A stretch of 64,000 nucleotides of DNA from Chiloscyllium plagiosum (taxonomy: Eukaryota), in contig NC_057759.1 in the NCBI RefSeq assembly GCF_004010195.1, positions 1-64,000 of the forward strand, given 5' to 3'. Positions 12,651 through 25,062 of this stretch are shown in pieces (the stretch's first letter is position 1; each line of letters begins with the position of its first letter). The notes beneath the pieces were generated by a model. That model saw nothing but the letters and a program-made list of their open reading frames with translations, did no database searches and was not told the DNA's origin. A program made the translations under genes and the position numbers.

Positions 12651-12819
12651 CTGGAACACAGACAAAGTCACTAAATTTAACATGCTCGGTGACAAAGTAG
12701 GGAACTGATTCTATTCAAATAGCAGAGCATGCTGGGAGGGCCAGATGCATAAGGGTTAGTGTACGTAGAACCTCAACTGATTTTAGTTATGATAGTATAA
12801 AAGTAGCTGAACGAACTTT

Positions 12820-15436
12820 TCATGAGGACTCGTCTACTGAGGTAGTGTGAGCTGAGGTTAGAAACGGGAGATAAGAGGTCATACTGCTTCGAGTTTTTTT
12901 ATAGGCCTCTGCAGAGTTCCAGGGAGGTGGAAGAGAGGTTACCAAAATTATTCTGGAGAGGAGTGAAAGGAACAAAGTGGTCATTATGGGGGACTTTAAC
13001 TTCCCCAATGTTGACCGGATATGCTTTAACTCTAGTATGTCGGATGGATCAGTTTTATCCACTGTGTACAGGAGGGTTTCCTGACACAGTATGTCGAAGG
13101 GCCACACTGGATCTGGGGCTTGGTAATGAGCCAGGCCAGGTGTTTGGTTTAGTTGTAGGTGAACATTTTGGAGAGAGTGACCATAATTCAGTTATGTTTA
13201 GTTTAGCGATGGAAAGGGATAGGTACATGCCACACGTTCTGAGTTATTGACGGGGTAAGGGCAATTATAATGCAAGTAGGCAAGAATTAGGATGCATAGA
13301 ATGGGGTAGCAAAATGCAGGGAATGCAGACAATGGAAATGTGGAGCTGGTTTAAGGAACAGATATTGTGTGTCCTTGATAGGCATGTCCCTGTCAGGCAG
13401 GGAAGAAGTGTTAAGGTAAGGGAACTGTGGTTTACTACAGAAATTGCATTTCTTGTTAAGCAGAAGAAGGAGGCTGATGTGTTGATGAGGCAGGATGGTT
13501 CAGGTGAGGTGATGGGGAGTTACAGATCCACTAGGAAGGATTTAAAGGGAGAGTTAAGAAGAGCAAAGAGAGGACATGAGCAGTCTTTAGCCAAAAGAAT
13601 GAAGGAGAACCCGAAAGCTTTCTACAGGTACATGAGGAATAAAAAAATGACTAGCGTAGGAATAAGGCCAGTCAAAGACAGAAGTGGGAAGTTGAGTGTG
13701 AAACCCTGTGGAGATCGGAGAGATGCTAAACGAACATTTTTCATCAGTGTTCACTCAGGAAAAGGAGAATATTGTAGAGGACAAGAATGAAGTACGAGAT
13801 ATTAGACTAGAAAGGATCGAGGTTAGTTACAAACAGGTGTTAGCAATTCTAGAAGGAGTGAAAGTAGATAAGTCCCCTGGCCCAGATGGGATTTATCCAA
13901 GGATTCTCTGGGAAGCTAGGGAGGAGATAGCAGAGCCTTTGGCTTTGATATTTGAGTCATCATTGTCTACAGGTTTAGTACCAGAGAACTGGAGGATTGT
14001 AAATGTTGTGCCCTTGTTCAAGAAGGGCAGTAGAGGTGACCCAGGTAATTATAGACCATTGAGCCTTGCATCTGCTGTCGGAAAAGTTTTGGATAGGATT
14101 ATAAGAGATAGGATTTATAATCATCGAGCAAGCAGCAATTTGATTTCAGATAGTCAACATGGTTTCATCAAGGGCAGGTTGTGTCTCACAAACCTCATTG
14201 ATTTTTTTTGAGAAGGTGACCAAGCATGTAGATGAGGGTGGGGCAGTTGATGTGGTATACATTGACTTCAGTAAAACCTTTGATAAGGTTCCACATGGTA
14301 GGCTGTTGGAGAAAATGCAGAGGCACGGGACTGAGGGCAATTTAGCAGTTTGGATTAGAAACTGGCTTTCTGAAAGAAGGCAGCAAGTGGTAGTTGATGA
14401 AAAATATTCAGCACGGAGTCCAGTTACTAGTGGTGTGCCACAAGGATCTGTTTTGGGACCAGTGCCATTTGTGTTTTTTTTATAAATGACTTAGATGCAG
14501 GCATAGGTGGATGGATTAGTAAATTTGCAGATGGCACTAAAGTCGGTAGAGTAGTGGACAGTTTGAAAGAATGTTACAGATTGCAGGTGGACTTGGATAA
14601 ACTGTAGAACTGGGCTGAGAGGTGTCAAATGGATTTCAGTGCAACTAAATGTGAGGTGATTTACTTTGGGAAGAATAACAGGAAGGCAGAGTACTGGGTC
14701 AATAGAAATATTCGTGGTAGTGTGGATGTACAGAGGGATCTTGGAGTCCATGTACATAGATCCCTGAAAGTTGTCACCCAGGTTGATAGTGCTGTTAAGA
14801 AGACATACAGCATTTTAGACTTCAGTGGTAGAGGGATTGAGTTCCAGAGCCACAATATCATGCTGCAACCAGACAAAATGCTAATGCGACCATACTTGGA
14901 ATATTGTGTACGGTTGTGGTCTCCATATTTCGGAAAGGATGTGGAAGCATTGAGAAAGGTGCCGAGGAGATTTACCAGGATGCTGCCTGGTCTGGAGGGA
15001 AGGTCTTATGAGGAACAGCTGAGAGACTTGGGTCTGTTCTCGTTGGCAAGAAGAAAGCTAAGAGGGGCTTTGATAGAGACACACCAAATGATCAGAGGAT
15101 TAGATAAGGTAGACAGTGAAAGTCTTTTTCCGAGGATGATGATGTTAGCTTGTATGAGGGGGCATAACTATAAATTTAAGGGTGATAAATTTAAGACAGA
15201 TGTCAGAGGCAGGTTCTTTACTCAGAGAGTGGGTAAGGGTGTGGAATGCCCTACTTGCTGATGTAGTCAACTCAGCCAAGATAATTAAGTCACATTAGGG
15301 AGATTTAAACAATCCTTGGGTAAGCACATGTATGATAATGGAATAGTGTAGGGGGATGAGCTGAGAATAGTTCACAGGTCGGTGCAACATTGAGGGCCGA
15401 AGGGCCTGTTCAGCGCTGTATTGTTCTATGTTCTAT
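12820..15436 (+). mobile_element. CR1-clade LINE ORF2, frameshifted, with 3' tail
   Basis: ORF pieces GESDHN, KSPGPDGIYP, DFSKTFDKVPH, GVPQGSVLGP, YLEYCV; ends ttgttctatgttctat. Confidence 0.93.
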
Positions 15437-18400
15437 ATCTGGCCCAGTTTAGGATGTGGCCCAGTGTGACATCTAACCTCGTTTAGGATAAGGCCCAACT
15501 AAGGATGAAGTCCAGTTTAGGTGAGGCCAAATTTACAAAGGGGCCCACTTTACATTTGGGCCAAGTTTACAATCTGAACAAAATGTGTGGGAGGTTCCCC
15601 TTACAGTGAGGCCCAGTTTAGGCTGAGGCCTAGTTTGGGATGTGGCCCAGTTTAGGGTGTGGCCCAGTTTGGAATATGGCCTAGCTTAGTTTGAGGCCCA
15701 GTTTAGGGTGAGGCCCACTTTGGGATGTGATCTAGTTTAGCGTGAGGCCCAGTCTCAGATGTGACCCAGTTTATGTTGATGCCCACTTTGGGAATGTGGC
15801 CCAGTTTGGAGTAAGTCCAAATATAGGATGTGTCCAAACTATAATGAATGCAGTTTGTGATGTGGCCCAGTGTAGGGTGAGGCCTAGTTGGGGATGTGGC
15901 CCAGCTTAGGCTGAAGCCCACTTTGGGATGTGGCACAGTTTAGGGTGAGATCGAGTTTGGGATGTGGCCCAGTTTAGGGTGCTGTCCATTTGGGGCTGTG
16001 GCCCAGTTTAGATTGAGGCCCAATTTTAGATGTGTTACAGTTTAGGGTGAGGCCCAGTTTGGGATGTGGCCCAGTTTAGAATGAGACCCATTTTGGGATG
16101 TGGCCAATTGTAAGTGTGTGGCCCAATTTGGGATGTAGCCCAGTTTAGGGTGAAGCCCAGTTTGGAATGTGGCCCAGATTAGGGTGCAGCCCAAATTGGG
16201 ATGTGGCCCAGTTTAGGATGAGGCCATGTTTGGAATGTGGCCCAGGTTAGGGTGTGGCCAAAATTGGGATGTGGCCCAGTATAGGATGAGGCCCTGTTTG
16301 GAATGTGGCCCAGGTTAGGGTGCGGCCCAAATTGGGATGTGGCCCAGTTTAGATTGAGGCCCAGTTTTAGATGTGTTACAGTTTAGGGTGAGGCCCAGTT
16401 TGGGATGTGGCCCAGTTTAGAATGAGACCCATTTTGGGATGTGGCCAATTGTAAGTGTGTGGCCCAATTTGGGATGTAGCCCAGTTTAGGGTGAGGCCCA
16501 GTTTGGAATGTGGCCCAGGTTAGGGTGCGGCCCAAATTGGGATGTGGCCCAGTTTAGGATCAGGCCATGTTTGGAATGTGGCCCAGGTTAGGGTGCGGCC
16601 CAAATTGGGATGTGGCCCAGTTTAGATTGAGGCCCAGTTTTAGATGTTTTACAGTTTCGGGTGAGGCCCAGTTTGGAATGTGGCCCAGGTTAGGGTGCGG
16701 CCCAAATTGGGATGTGGCCCAGTTTAGGATGAGGCCAGGTTTGGAATGTGGCCCAGGTTAGGGTGCGGCCCAAATTGGGATGTGGCCCAGTTTAGGATGA
16801 GGCCCTGTTTGGAATGTGGCCCAGGTTAGGGTGCGGCCCAAATTGGGATGTGGCCCAGTTTAGATTGAGGCCCAGTTTTAGATGTTTTACAGTTTCGGGT
16901 GAGGCCCAGTTTGGAATGTGGCCAATTGTTAGTGAGTGGCCCAATTTGGTAAGTTGCCCAGTTTAGGTTGAAGCACAGTTTGTGATGTGCCTCTGTTTAG
17001 GGTGAGGCTCAATTTGGGATGTGTCCAGTTTTGGCTGAGTCCCACTTCAGGATGAGGCCCAGTTTAAGATGAGGTCCAGTTTACTATGAGGCCTGGTTTG
17101 GGATGAGACACACTCTTGGATGAGGCCAACTTTAAGTTGTGGCATGGTTTATAGTGAGTCCCAATTTAGGATGGGCCCAGTCTCCGATGAGGCTCAATTT
17201 TGGATGATATCCAGCTTCGTATGAGGTGCAGTTTAGAATGAGATCCAGTGTAATATCTGGCCCAATTTAGGATGAGGTCAAGTGTGACATCTGGCCCTGT
17301 TTAGAATGAGACACAATGTAGGATGAGGTCAAGTTTACGAATACGTGCACTTTACATTTGGGCCAAGATTACAATCTGAAAACAAAAATTTCTGTGAGGC
17401 TCACCTTACAGTCAGGCCCAGGTTGGGAGTGGCTCAATTTATGTTGATGCCCAGTTTAGGATGTAGCCTAGTTCAGGGTGAAGCCAGTTTGGTATCCGGC
17501 CCAGTTTAAGGTGAGATCCAGTTTGAGCTGTGGCCCAGTTTAGGTTGAGGCCCAGTTTGGAATATGGCCTGGTTTAGGGTGAGGCCCAGTTTGGAATGCA
17601 GCCCAGTTTAGCGTGAGGCCCCATTTTAGGATGTGGCCCAGTTTAGGTTGAGGCCCAGTTTGGAATATGGCCCAGTTTAGGGTGAGGCCCAGTTTGGAAT
17701 GCAGCCCAGTTTAGGGTGAGGCCCCATTTTGGGATGTTGCCCAGTTTAGGTTGAGGCCCAGTTTGGAATATGGCCCAGTTTAGGGTGAGGCCCAGTTTGG
17801 AATATGGCCCAGTTTAGGGTGAGGCCCGGTTTGGAATGTGGCTCAGTTTAGAGTGAGAATTCAGTATGAGATGTGACCCAGTTTAGGGTGAGGCCAACTT
17901 TGGGATGTGGACGAGTTTAGTGTGAGGCCAGGTCTCTGATGTGGCCCAGTTTAGATTGAGTCCCAGTTTGGGATGTGGCTCAGTTTAGAGTGAGATACAG
18001 TTTGGGATGTGATCTAGCTTAGGCCGATGCTGAATTTGGGATGTGGCCTAGTTTAGTGTGAGGCCTAGTCTCGGGTGCGACCCAGTTGGGGATGAGGCTC
18101 AGTTTCGTGTGAGGCCTAGCATAGAATGTGTCCCAGTCTATAATGAAGCTCAGTTTGTGATATGGCCCAGTTTAGGGTGAGGCCCAGATTGAATGTGGCC
18201 CAGTTTAAGATAAGACCTCATTTGGGATATGGCCCGGTTTAGGGTGAGTCTAGATTAGAGTGTTGCTGGAAAAGCACAGCAGGTCAGACAGCTGATGAAG
18301 GGCTTTTACCCAACCATCGATTTTCCCGCTCCTCGGATGCTGCCTGACCTGCTGTGTTTTTCCAGCAACACTAATCTAGACTCTAATCTTCAGCATCTGA

Positions 18401-19759
18401 AGTCCTCAATTTCACCCATTTTAGAGTGAGGCCCAATTTGGGATGTGGCCCATTTTAGGCTGAGTCCCAGTTCAGGATGAGGCTCGGTTTATAGAGGTGC
18501 AATTTGGTTGTGGCCCAGTTTAGGTTGAAGCCCAGTTTTGTATGTGGTACATTTTAGGGTGAGGCTCAGTTTGGGATGTGGCCTACGGTAGTGTCATACC
18601 CAATTTGGGATGAAGCTCAGTTTAGTTTGAGGATAGTTTGTCATGTGGCTAAGCTGAGGGTGAGGCCTAGTTTGAGATGTGGCCGAGTTTAGTGTGAGGC
18701 CCAATTTGTGATGTGGTCCAGTTTAGGATGAGGACCAGTTTAGTATGAGGCTTGGTTTGTGATGAGACACACTTTTGGATGAGGCCCAGGTTAAGTTGTG
18801 GCCAGGTTTATAGGGCGTTCCAATTTAGGATGGGCCCAGTCTCCAATGAGGCACAATTTAGATTGACACCCAATGTAGAATGAGGCGCGGTTTAGGATGA
18901 GGCCCAGTGTAATATCTGGCCCGATTTAGAATAAGACCCAGTGTGACATCTGGCCTAGTTTTAGACGGGGGCCACATTTAGGATGCGGTTCATTTTATGA
19001 AGAGACCCACTTTACATCTGGTCCAAGTTTATGATCTGAAAAACATTTGTGGGAGGCTCACCTGACAGTAAGACCCAGTTTGCGATATGGCCCAGTTAAG
19101 GTTGAGGCACAGTTTGGGATGTTTCCCCGTATTGAGTAAGATTCAGTTTGGGATGTGTCTAGGTTTACTTTGAGGCCAAGTTTGGGCTATGGCCCAGTTT
19201 AGGGTGAGGCTCCATTTGGGATGAGGGACAGTTTAAGGCGAGGCCCAGTTTAGGATGACGCCCTGTCTTTGATGTGGCCCAGTCAAGGGTGAGGCCCAGT
19301 TTGGGAAGTGACCCAATTCAGGATGAGGCCCACTTTGGGATGTGGACGAGTTTAGTGTGAAACCCCAATTAGGGATTAGGCCCAGTTTAGTGAGAGAACC
19401 AGTTTGGGGTGTGGCTCAGTGTAGGGTGAGGCCCAGTTTGGGATGTGGCCCAGTTTAGGCTGAGTCCCAGTTCAGGATGAGGCCCAGTTTAAGATGAGGT
19501 TGATTTTAGTATGAGACCTAGTTTGGGATAAGACCCACTTTTGGATGTGGCCCGGTTTAAGTTGTGGCATGGTTTCTACTCAGTCCCAATTTAGGATGGG
19601 TCCAATCTCCGATGAGGCGCAATTTTGGATAGCACCCAGCTTCGTATGAGGCACAATGTAGGATGAGGCCCAGATTAATATCTGGCACAATTTAGGATGA
19701 GGCCAAGTGTGACATCTGGGCTCTGTTAAAATGAGGCCCAACGTAGGATGAGATCCAGT

Positions 19760-20142
19760 CGGGATGGGCCCATTCACCGCTGCCGATTCGCCTCCGCCGA
19801 TTAGCCACTGCCCTTTCACCGCCAAGGACACTTCGCCACCATCCTTTGGCTGCTCAGGATGATTCACCACCGCAAGTGTTTGTAACTTATTTTTATGTAT
19901 AAACCAATAAAATGATATTTATTTCACCTTTTTTATCAATATGTACTATGTTGTTGTATAAATAAAGGGGACTGAGAAGTATGAAAGAACACGTGAGAGG
20001 GAAAACAATCACTGCATATATATATTTCCGATTGCGAATACTCTCAAGAGGTCAATCGACCTCATTGGCAAACGCTGGTGGCGAACCCGGCAGTGGCTAA
20101 TCGGTGGCGGCGAATGTGCCACGGCGAATCGTCACCAACCCA
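19760..20142. mobile_element. Non-autonomous DNA transposon (MITE) with ~65 bp imperfect TIRs, inserted in the satellite
   Basis: Left end cgggatgggcccattcaccgctgccgattcgcctccgccgattagccactgcc versus reverse complement of right end tgggttggtgacgattcgccgtggcacattcgccgccaccgattagccactgcc; AT-rich core; flanks gatccagt / ggtccagt. Confidence 0.85.
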
Positions 20143-22957
20143 GGTCCAGTTTAGGATGAGGTCAAGTTTACGAATGGGTGCACTTTACATTTGGGCCAAA
20201 TTTATAATCTGAAACAATATCTGTGTGTGGCCCACCTTACAGTGAGCTCCAGGTTGGGATGTGGCCCAGTTTAGGGCTTAGCCTAGTTCAGGGTGTGGCC
20301 CAGTTTGGGATGTGGCCCAGTTTAGGGTGAGACCCAGTTTGGGATGTGGCCCAGTTTAGGGTGAGGCCCAGTTTGGAATGCAGCCCAGTTTAGGGTGACA
20401 CCCAGTTTGGGATGTGGCCCTGTTTAGGGTGAGGCTCCATTTGGGATGTGACCCAGTTAAGTTTGAGATCCTGTTTCAAAATTGGCCCAGGTTAGTTTTG
20501 GCAAAGTTGGGATGTGGTCCAGTTTAGGTTGAGGCCCATTTTGGAATGTGGCCCAGATTAGGGTGAGGCCCAGTTTTGGTTGACGACCACTTTGGGCTGT
20601 GGTCTAGTTTAGTGTGAGGCCCAGTCTCGGATGCTGCCCAGTTTAGGTTGAGGCCCAGTTTGGAAGGTGGCACAGTTTAGGGTAAGATCCAGTTTGGGAT
20701 GTGGCCCAGTTTAGGGTAAGGCCCTGTTTGGAAAGTGGCACAGGTAATTGTGAGGACAAAGTTGGGATGAGGCTCAATTTAGGGAGAAGCCCAGTTTGGG
20801 ATGTAGCCCAGTTTAGGGTGAGTCTAGTTTAGAGTGGTGCTGGAAAAGCACAGTACGTCAAGCAGCATCAGAGGAGCAGGAAAATCGATATTTCAGGCAA
20901 AAGCTCTTTATCATCATTCCTGATGAAGGGATGTTGCCCAAAACATCGATTTTCCTGCTCCTCAGGTGCTCCCTGACAGTGTTGTGCATTTCCAGCAACA
21001 CTCTAACCTTGACTCTGATCTCCTGCATCTGCAGTCCTCACTTTTGCCCAGTTTGGGGTGAGTCCCAGTTCAGGATTAGGCCCAGTTTAGGGTGAGGCCC
21101 AGTTTTGGATGTGGGACAGTTTAGAGTGAGGGCCAGTTTATGATGTGGCCCATTTTAATGTGAGACCCAGTTTGGAATGTGGCCCAGTATAGGAGAAGGT
21201 CCATTTTGGGAGGTGGCCTACATTAGCGTGAAGATCCAATTTAGGATTAAGCCCAGTTTAGTTTGAGACCCAGTTTGTCATATGGTTCAGCATAAGCTGA
21301 GGCCCAGTGTAATATGTGGCCCAGTTTAGGGTGAGGTACACTTTGGGATGTATCCTATTTCAGGGTGAGGCCCAATTTGGGATGAAGCCCAGTTTAGGGT
21401 GAGGCCCAGGTGGGATGTGGCCCAGTTTAGGAAAAGGCCTTGTTTGGCATGTGGTCCAGTTCAGAATGAGGCCCAGTTTAAGGTGAGGTCCAGTTTAGGA
21501 AGAGGCCTGGTTTTTGATGAGACCCACTTTTGGATGAGGCCCAGTTTATGTGGTGCAAAAGTTTATAGTGAGTCCTAATTTAGGATGGGCCCAGTCTCCG
21601 AAGAGGCTCCATTTGGAATGTCACCCAGCATAGAATGAGATGCAGTTTAGGATGAGTCCCAGTGTAATATCTGGCCCAATTTACAATGAGACCCAGTGTG
21701 ATATTTGGCCCAGTTTAGTATGAGGCACAGTTTAGGAAGAGGTCCAGTTTAGGATGAGGTCAACTTTACGAATGGGTGCACTTTACATTTGAGCCAAAAT
21801 TACTAACTGAAAAAAAAATTGTGTGAGACTCACTTTACAGTGAGGCCCAGGTTGGGATGTTGCCCAGTTTATGTGGATGCCCAGTTTAGGATGTAGCCTG
21901 GTTCAGGGTGATGCCCAGTTTAGAATCTGGCCCAGTTTCGTGTGAGATCCAGTATGGGCTGTGGCCCAGTTTAGGGTGAGTCTCACTTTGGGATGTGGCA
22001 TCATTTAGGGTGATCCTCAGTTTGGATTTGGCACAGATTAGGGTGAGGCCCTATTTGGGATGAGACCCAGTTTAGGTTGAGGCCCTGTTTCAACAGTGGC
22101 CTAGTTTAGAGTGAGGCCCAGTTTGGAATGTGGCCCAGTTTTGGCTGAGGTCCAATTTGAGAGGTGGCTTAGTTTTAGTTGAGGTCCAATTTGGGATGTG
22201 ACCTAGTTTAGTGTCAGATCCAGTCTCGGATGTGGCCCAGTTTAGGGAGGGATCCGGTTTGGGTTATAGCTCTGTTTAGAGCGAGATCCAGTTTGGAATG
22301 TGATACAGTTTAGGGAGAGGCCCAGTTGGGAATGTGGCCCAGTTTATGGTGAGGCCCAGTTGGGAAAGTATCCCAGTTTAGGGTGATGCCCAGTTTGGAA
22401 TGTCACCCAGTTTAGGGTGAGACCCAGTTTGGAATGTCACCCAGTTTAGGGTGAGATCCAGATGGAATATCACCCAGTTTAGGGTGAGACCCAGTTTGGA
22501 ATGTGACCCAGTTTCGGGTGAGGCCAGTTAGGAATATATCCCAGTTTAGGGTGAGGTCCAGTTTGGAATGTGGCCCAGTTTAGGGTGAGACCCAGTTTGG
22601 AATGTGGCCCCATTTAGAGTGAGAACCGTTTGGAATGTCACCCAGTTTAGGTTGAGGCCCAGTTTGGAATGTGGCCCAGTTTATGGTGAGGCCCAGTTTG
22701 GAATGTGGCCCAGTTTAGGGTGAGGCCCAGTTTGGAATGTGGCCCAGTTTAGGGTGAGGCGCAGCTGGGAATGTGTCCCAGTTTAGAGTGAGCCACAGTT
22801 TGGAAGGTGGCCCAGTTTAGGGTGAGGCCCAGTTTGGAATGTGGCCCAGTTTATGGTGAGACCCAGATTGAAATGTGGCCCAGTTTAGGGTGAGGCCCAG
22901 TTTGGAATTTGTCCCAGTTTAGGGTGAGGCCCAGTTTGGAATGTGGCCAAGTTTATG

Positions 22958-23555
22958 GTGAGGAGAAAATGAGGACTGCAAATGCTGGAGAACAGAGCTT
23001 AAAATTGTTGCTGGAAAAGCACAGCAGAGCACGCAGCATCCAAGGAACAGGATAATCGACGTTTCGGGCATGACCCCTTCCTAAGGAATGAGGAAAGTGT
23101 GTCCAGCAGGCTAAGTTAAAAGATAGGGAGGAGGGACTTGGGGGAGGGGTGTTGGAAATGTGATAGGTGGAAGGAGGTCATGGTGAGGGTGATAGGCCGG
23201 AGTGGGGGTGGGGGCAGAGAGGTNNNNNNNNNACCTGCATGTCCTTGGTGGAGTGGGAGGGGGAGATGAAGTGTTGAGCCACGGGGTGGTTGGGTTGGTT
23301 GGTCCGGGTATCCCAGAGGTGTTCTCTGAAACATTCCGCAATTAGGCGGGCTGTCTCCCCAATATAGAGGAGGCCACATCGGGTGCAGCGGATGCAGTAA
23401 ATGATGTGTGTGGAGGTGCAGGTGAATTTGTGGTGGATATGGAAGTGTCCCTTGGGGCCTTGGAGGGAATCTTTGAGAGAAAGTGAGGGCAGGAGATGCT
23501 GGAGATCAGAGCTGAAAATGTGTTGCTGGAAAAGCGCAGCAGGTCAGGCAGCAGT
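22958..23555 (-). mobile_element. Penelope-like 3' fragment and terminal repeat inside the satellite
   Basis: Minus-strand YCIRCTRCGLLYIGET-like GIY-YIG segment plus the gctggaaaagcacagc terminal motif. Confidence 0.75.
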
Positions 23556-24204
23556 TTCTGGTGAGACCCAGTTTGGAATGTCACCCAGTTTAGGGTGATG
23601 CCCAGTTTGGAATATCACCCAGTTTAGGGTGAGATCCAGTTGGCATGTCACCCACTTTAGGTGAGATCCAGTTTGGAATGTCACCCAGGTTAGGGTGAGA
23701 CCCAGTTTGGAATGTGTCCCAGTTAAGGGTGAGGCCCAGTTTGGAATGTGGCCCAGTTTAGTGTGAGGCCCAGTTTGGAATGTGGCCCAGTTTATGGTGA
23801 GGCCCAGTTTGGAATGTGGCTCGGTTTAGGGTGAGGCCCAGTTTGGAATGTGGCCCAGTTAAGGGTGAGCCTCAGTTTGGAATGTCACCCAGTTAAGGGT
23901 GAGGCCCAGTTTGGAATGTGGCCCCGTTTAGTTGAGGTCCAGTTTGGAATGTGGCCCAGTTTATGATGAGGCCCAGATTGGAATGTCACCCAGTTAAGGG
24001 TGAGGACCAGTTTGGAATGTGGCCCAGTTTAGAGTGAGTCCAAGTTTGGAATATGGCCCAGGTTAGGGTGAGGGGCAGCTGGGAATGTGTCCCAGTTTAG
24101 AGTGAGACACAGTTTGGAATGTGGCCCAGTTTAGGGTGAGGCCCAGTTTGGAATTTGTCCCAGTTTAGGGTGAGGACCAGTTTGGAATGTGGCCCATTTT
24201 GTGG

Positions 24205-25062
24205 TGAGGAGAAAATGAGGACTGCAAATGCTGGAGATCAGAGCTTAAACTGTTGTTGAAAAAGCACAGCAGGTCAGGCAGCATCCAGGGAATAGGAGAA
24301 TCGACGTTTCGGGCATGAGCCCTTTAGATTAGATTAGATTAGATTACAGTGTGGAAACAGGCCCTTCGGCCCAACAAGTCCACACCGACCCGCCGAAGCG
24401 AAACCCACCCATACCCCTACATTTACCCCTTACCTAACACTATGGGCAATTTAGTATGGCCAATTCACCTGATCCTGCACATCTTTGTGACTGTGGGAGG
24501 AAACCGGAGCACCCGGAGGAAACCCACGCAGACACGGGAAGAATGTGCAAACTCCACACAGTCAGTCGCCTGAGGCGGGAATGAGGAAAGTGTGTCCAGC
24601 AGGCTATGATAAGAGGTAGGGAGGAGGGACTTGGGGGAGGGGCGTTGGAAATGTGATAGGTGGAGAGAGGTCAAGGTGAGGGTGATAGGTCAGACTGGGG
24701 TGGGGGCGGAGAGGTCAGGAAGAAGATTGCAGGTTAGGAAGGCAGTGCTGAGTTCGAGGGATTTGACTGAGACAAGGTGGGGGGTGGGGAAATGAGGAAA
24801 CTGGAGAAATCTGAGTTCATCCCTTGTGGTTGGAGAATTCCTAGGCGGAAGATGAGACGCTCTTCCTCCAACCGTTGTGTTGCTATGGTTGGAGGAATCC
24901 AAGGACCTGCATGTCCTTTGTGGAGTGGGAGGGGGAGTTGAAGTGTTGAGCCACGGGGTGGTTGGGTTGGTTGGTTTCGGGTGTCCCAGAGGTGTTCTCT
25001 GAAACGTTCTGCAAGTAGGTGGCCTGTCTCCCCAATATAGAGGAGGCCACATCAGGTGCAGC
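24205..25062 (-). mobile_element. Second Penelope-like fragment in the satellite, containing an HE1 SINE
   Basis: Paralogous to 22958-23555, with the same left junction tggtgaggagaaaatgaggactgcaaatgctggaga. Confidence 0.75.
24324..24580 (-). mobile_element. HE1-type SINE, 5' truncated
   Basis: Near-identical to the reverse complement of 6028-6347. Confidence 0.88.

Noticed and set aside
12370..12708. Plus-strand 112-aa ORF
   Set aside because: Antisense to the TM exon and partly CR1; no independent support
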